A stretch of DNA of 63,413 nt, counting the filler, from Aduncisulcus paluster (Eukaryota), in assembly GCA_024181965.1 (NCBI GenBank). It is 8 parts of 8 records of this genome, joined end to end, with 100 filler letters (N's around TTAATTAATTAA, not from the genome) between each part and the next. Parts side by side here need not be neighbours in the genome. Positions count along the whole stretch, not along the records: positions 60,230 to 63,413 come from BQXS01011340.1; 7 more parts are not named here. One strand, given 5' to 3'. Positions 62,189-63,413 of the stretch are shown here, in pieces; position 1 is the stretch's first letter, and every line of letters starts with the position of its first letter. Below the pieces are notes generated by a model. That model was not told where the DNA came from. It saw only the letters and a list, made by a program, of their open reading frames with translations, and ran no database searches. The translations under genes were made by a program, and so were the position numbers.

Positions 62189-62295
62189 AGATATTGATAT
62201 ATAAATAGAGTGCAAAAAAAAAAAGAATTGAAATCATTTTGTTTGGAGCTGATTGACGTGATAGTGAATAATATTTTTCAATATCTGATGTATAC

Positions 62296-63413
62296 ATGTC
62301 AACAAATACCCTAATTCCTGGAGTATTCTTCCATAATGTTCTTGCTTCACCCAAGATACCTAGACTTCCTTCTAAAGACCATAGTTCTTATTGGGATGGG
62401 ATTTATCCAGTTTTTTCAGTTGTTACAACTAATTGTATTGCTATTTTAGGATCTCCTCCGACTCCTATTAAATCTCAACATACGTTTTGCGAGAGGATGG
62501 AAAAAAACAAGTTCTGCCTCGTTCATGAAATGTTTTTCCCGGCTCATGATCCGCCTATTCACTGTTCTTGGTGTCAAAATGGGTCTTATTTTCTTGTCTG
62601 TTGCAAGAAGAGTGTCACTCTCATGGATGTTTCGAACATGTTTCGGCCCATTGCTGGATGCCGTCTCCATTTTACACCTCTTTCATCAAGAGTTATAACG
62701 ATTGGACCAATAATTTTCATTTCTATCTGTGCTCCCGATGGGATTTATATATTTACTCATTTTGTTGATTCTCCTCGGCCCAAAACCAGGACACGCCCTA
62801 CAATCGATCACTCTCATCACGATTCTCTTGGATTTAACTCGTCATCATCATTCCCCTCAAATCCTCGAAGCAAATCATCTTTCCCTATCCATCCACTCTC
62901 TCCCGTGAATTCTTCCTTTTCTCCGATGATTTCTCCTTCCTTTTCCCCAGGATCTCCTTCGTTCTCTCCTGGATCACCCTCAATGGCACCTCCATCGCCA
63001 GGATCCTCATTATCCCCGACTGATCTTCTGGTGGAGCATGCTCATGATCTCAGAAGTATCCGAGTATGCGCTTGTGATTGTATTCGTCTCCCCAGGGCCA
63101 TTGGAGAAGAGATATACGAGCAAAAGGATGAAAAAAAGAAGAGGAAAAAGAAGAAACAACATAAAAAATTCAAAGAAGAGGAAGATATAAGGGATCATAG
63201 TAAGGATCGTAGGCAATTTAACCGACATTCAAAAGTAACTTCTGCAACCTCATTTAGATCTATCGGAGCCTTTGACGATGAGCCAGAGCTGGATTTCAAA
63301 TCTATGTTTGCGGAGGAGAAATTCCATTATGTTCTCCTTGTATGTTGTTCAGACACTGGGATGTCCTTCATCTACTGTGTAAAGGTCTCATCGATTGCCG
63401 GAAAAGATGTAGA
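62296..63413 (+). CDS. Hypothetical protein, 3'-partial (absent from the ORF track because it has no stop)
   Basis: ATG 62296 (MSTNTLIPGVFF...) reads without a stop for 372 codons to the window end; SPGSP-rich middle. Confidence 0.7.
   Translation, partial: MSTNTLIPGVFFHNVLASPKIPRLPSKDHSSYWDGIYPVFSVVTTNCIAILGSPPTPIKSQHTFCERMEKNKFCLVHEMFFPAHDPPIHCSWCQNGSYFLVCCKKSVTLMDVSNMFRPIAGCRLHFTPLSSRVITIGPIIFISICAPDGIYIFTHFVDSPRPKTRTRPTIDHSHHDSLGFNSSSSFPSNPRSKSSFPIHPLSPVNSSFSPMISPSFSPGSPSFSPGSPSMAPPSPGSSLSPTDLLVEHAHDLRSIRVCACDCIRLPRAIGEEIYEQKDEKKKRKKKKQHKKFKEEEDIRDHSKDRRQFNRHSKVTSATSFRSIGAFDDEPELDFKSMFAEEKFHYVLLVCCSDTGMSFIYCVKVSSIAGKDV

Overview
Eukaryotic (protist) genomic DNA. The window is eight separate contigs joined by artificial N44-TTAATTAATTAA-N44 spacers (1-3172, 3273-10816, 10917-38183, 38284-46545, 46646-51102, 51203-54375, 54476-60129, 60230-63413), so adjacency across spacers is not biological. 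It is gene-dense and uses the standard code, with short GTATGT...AG introns and Ser-rich low-complexity proteins. IFT57 indicates a flagellate, and the style resembles a free-living fornicate such as Aduncisulcus (inference only). Most contigs hold ordinary host genes: LRR-IQ protein, TcdA-like ThiF enzyme, Fab1/PIKfyve, multipass-TM kinase, p23, IFT57, AIDA, PPP phosphatase, ABHD17, TPR protein, SAM synthetase, AP-2 alpha-like adaptin, repeat-domain kinase, C2H2 zinc finger, ASNSD1-like and Eaf7/MRGBP-like. The outlier is contig 3273-10816, which looks like part of a cargo-rich DNA transposon. It carries the C-terminal end of a CMC/Mirage/Plavaka-type DDE transposase (HxxxH...E motif), two OTU-like cysteine protease + CxxC/His zinc-finger genes and a third zinc-finger paralog fragment, and a BEN/DUF4806-like gene. 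It also has a ~470-bp array of the palindrome GTATTACCATGGTAATAC, a perfect 23-bp inverted repeat, and a non-histone ORF starting with the histone H3 tail sequence ARTKQT upstream of a (GK)7 tract. This could be a transposon-borne chromatin or anti-silencing module (hypothesis). Many duplications flanking the ~20-N gaps are probably assembly artefacts.
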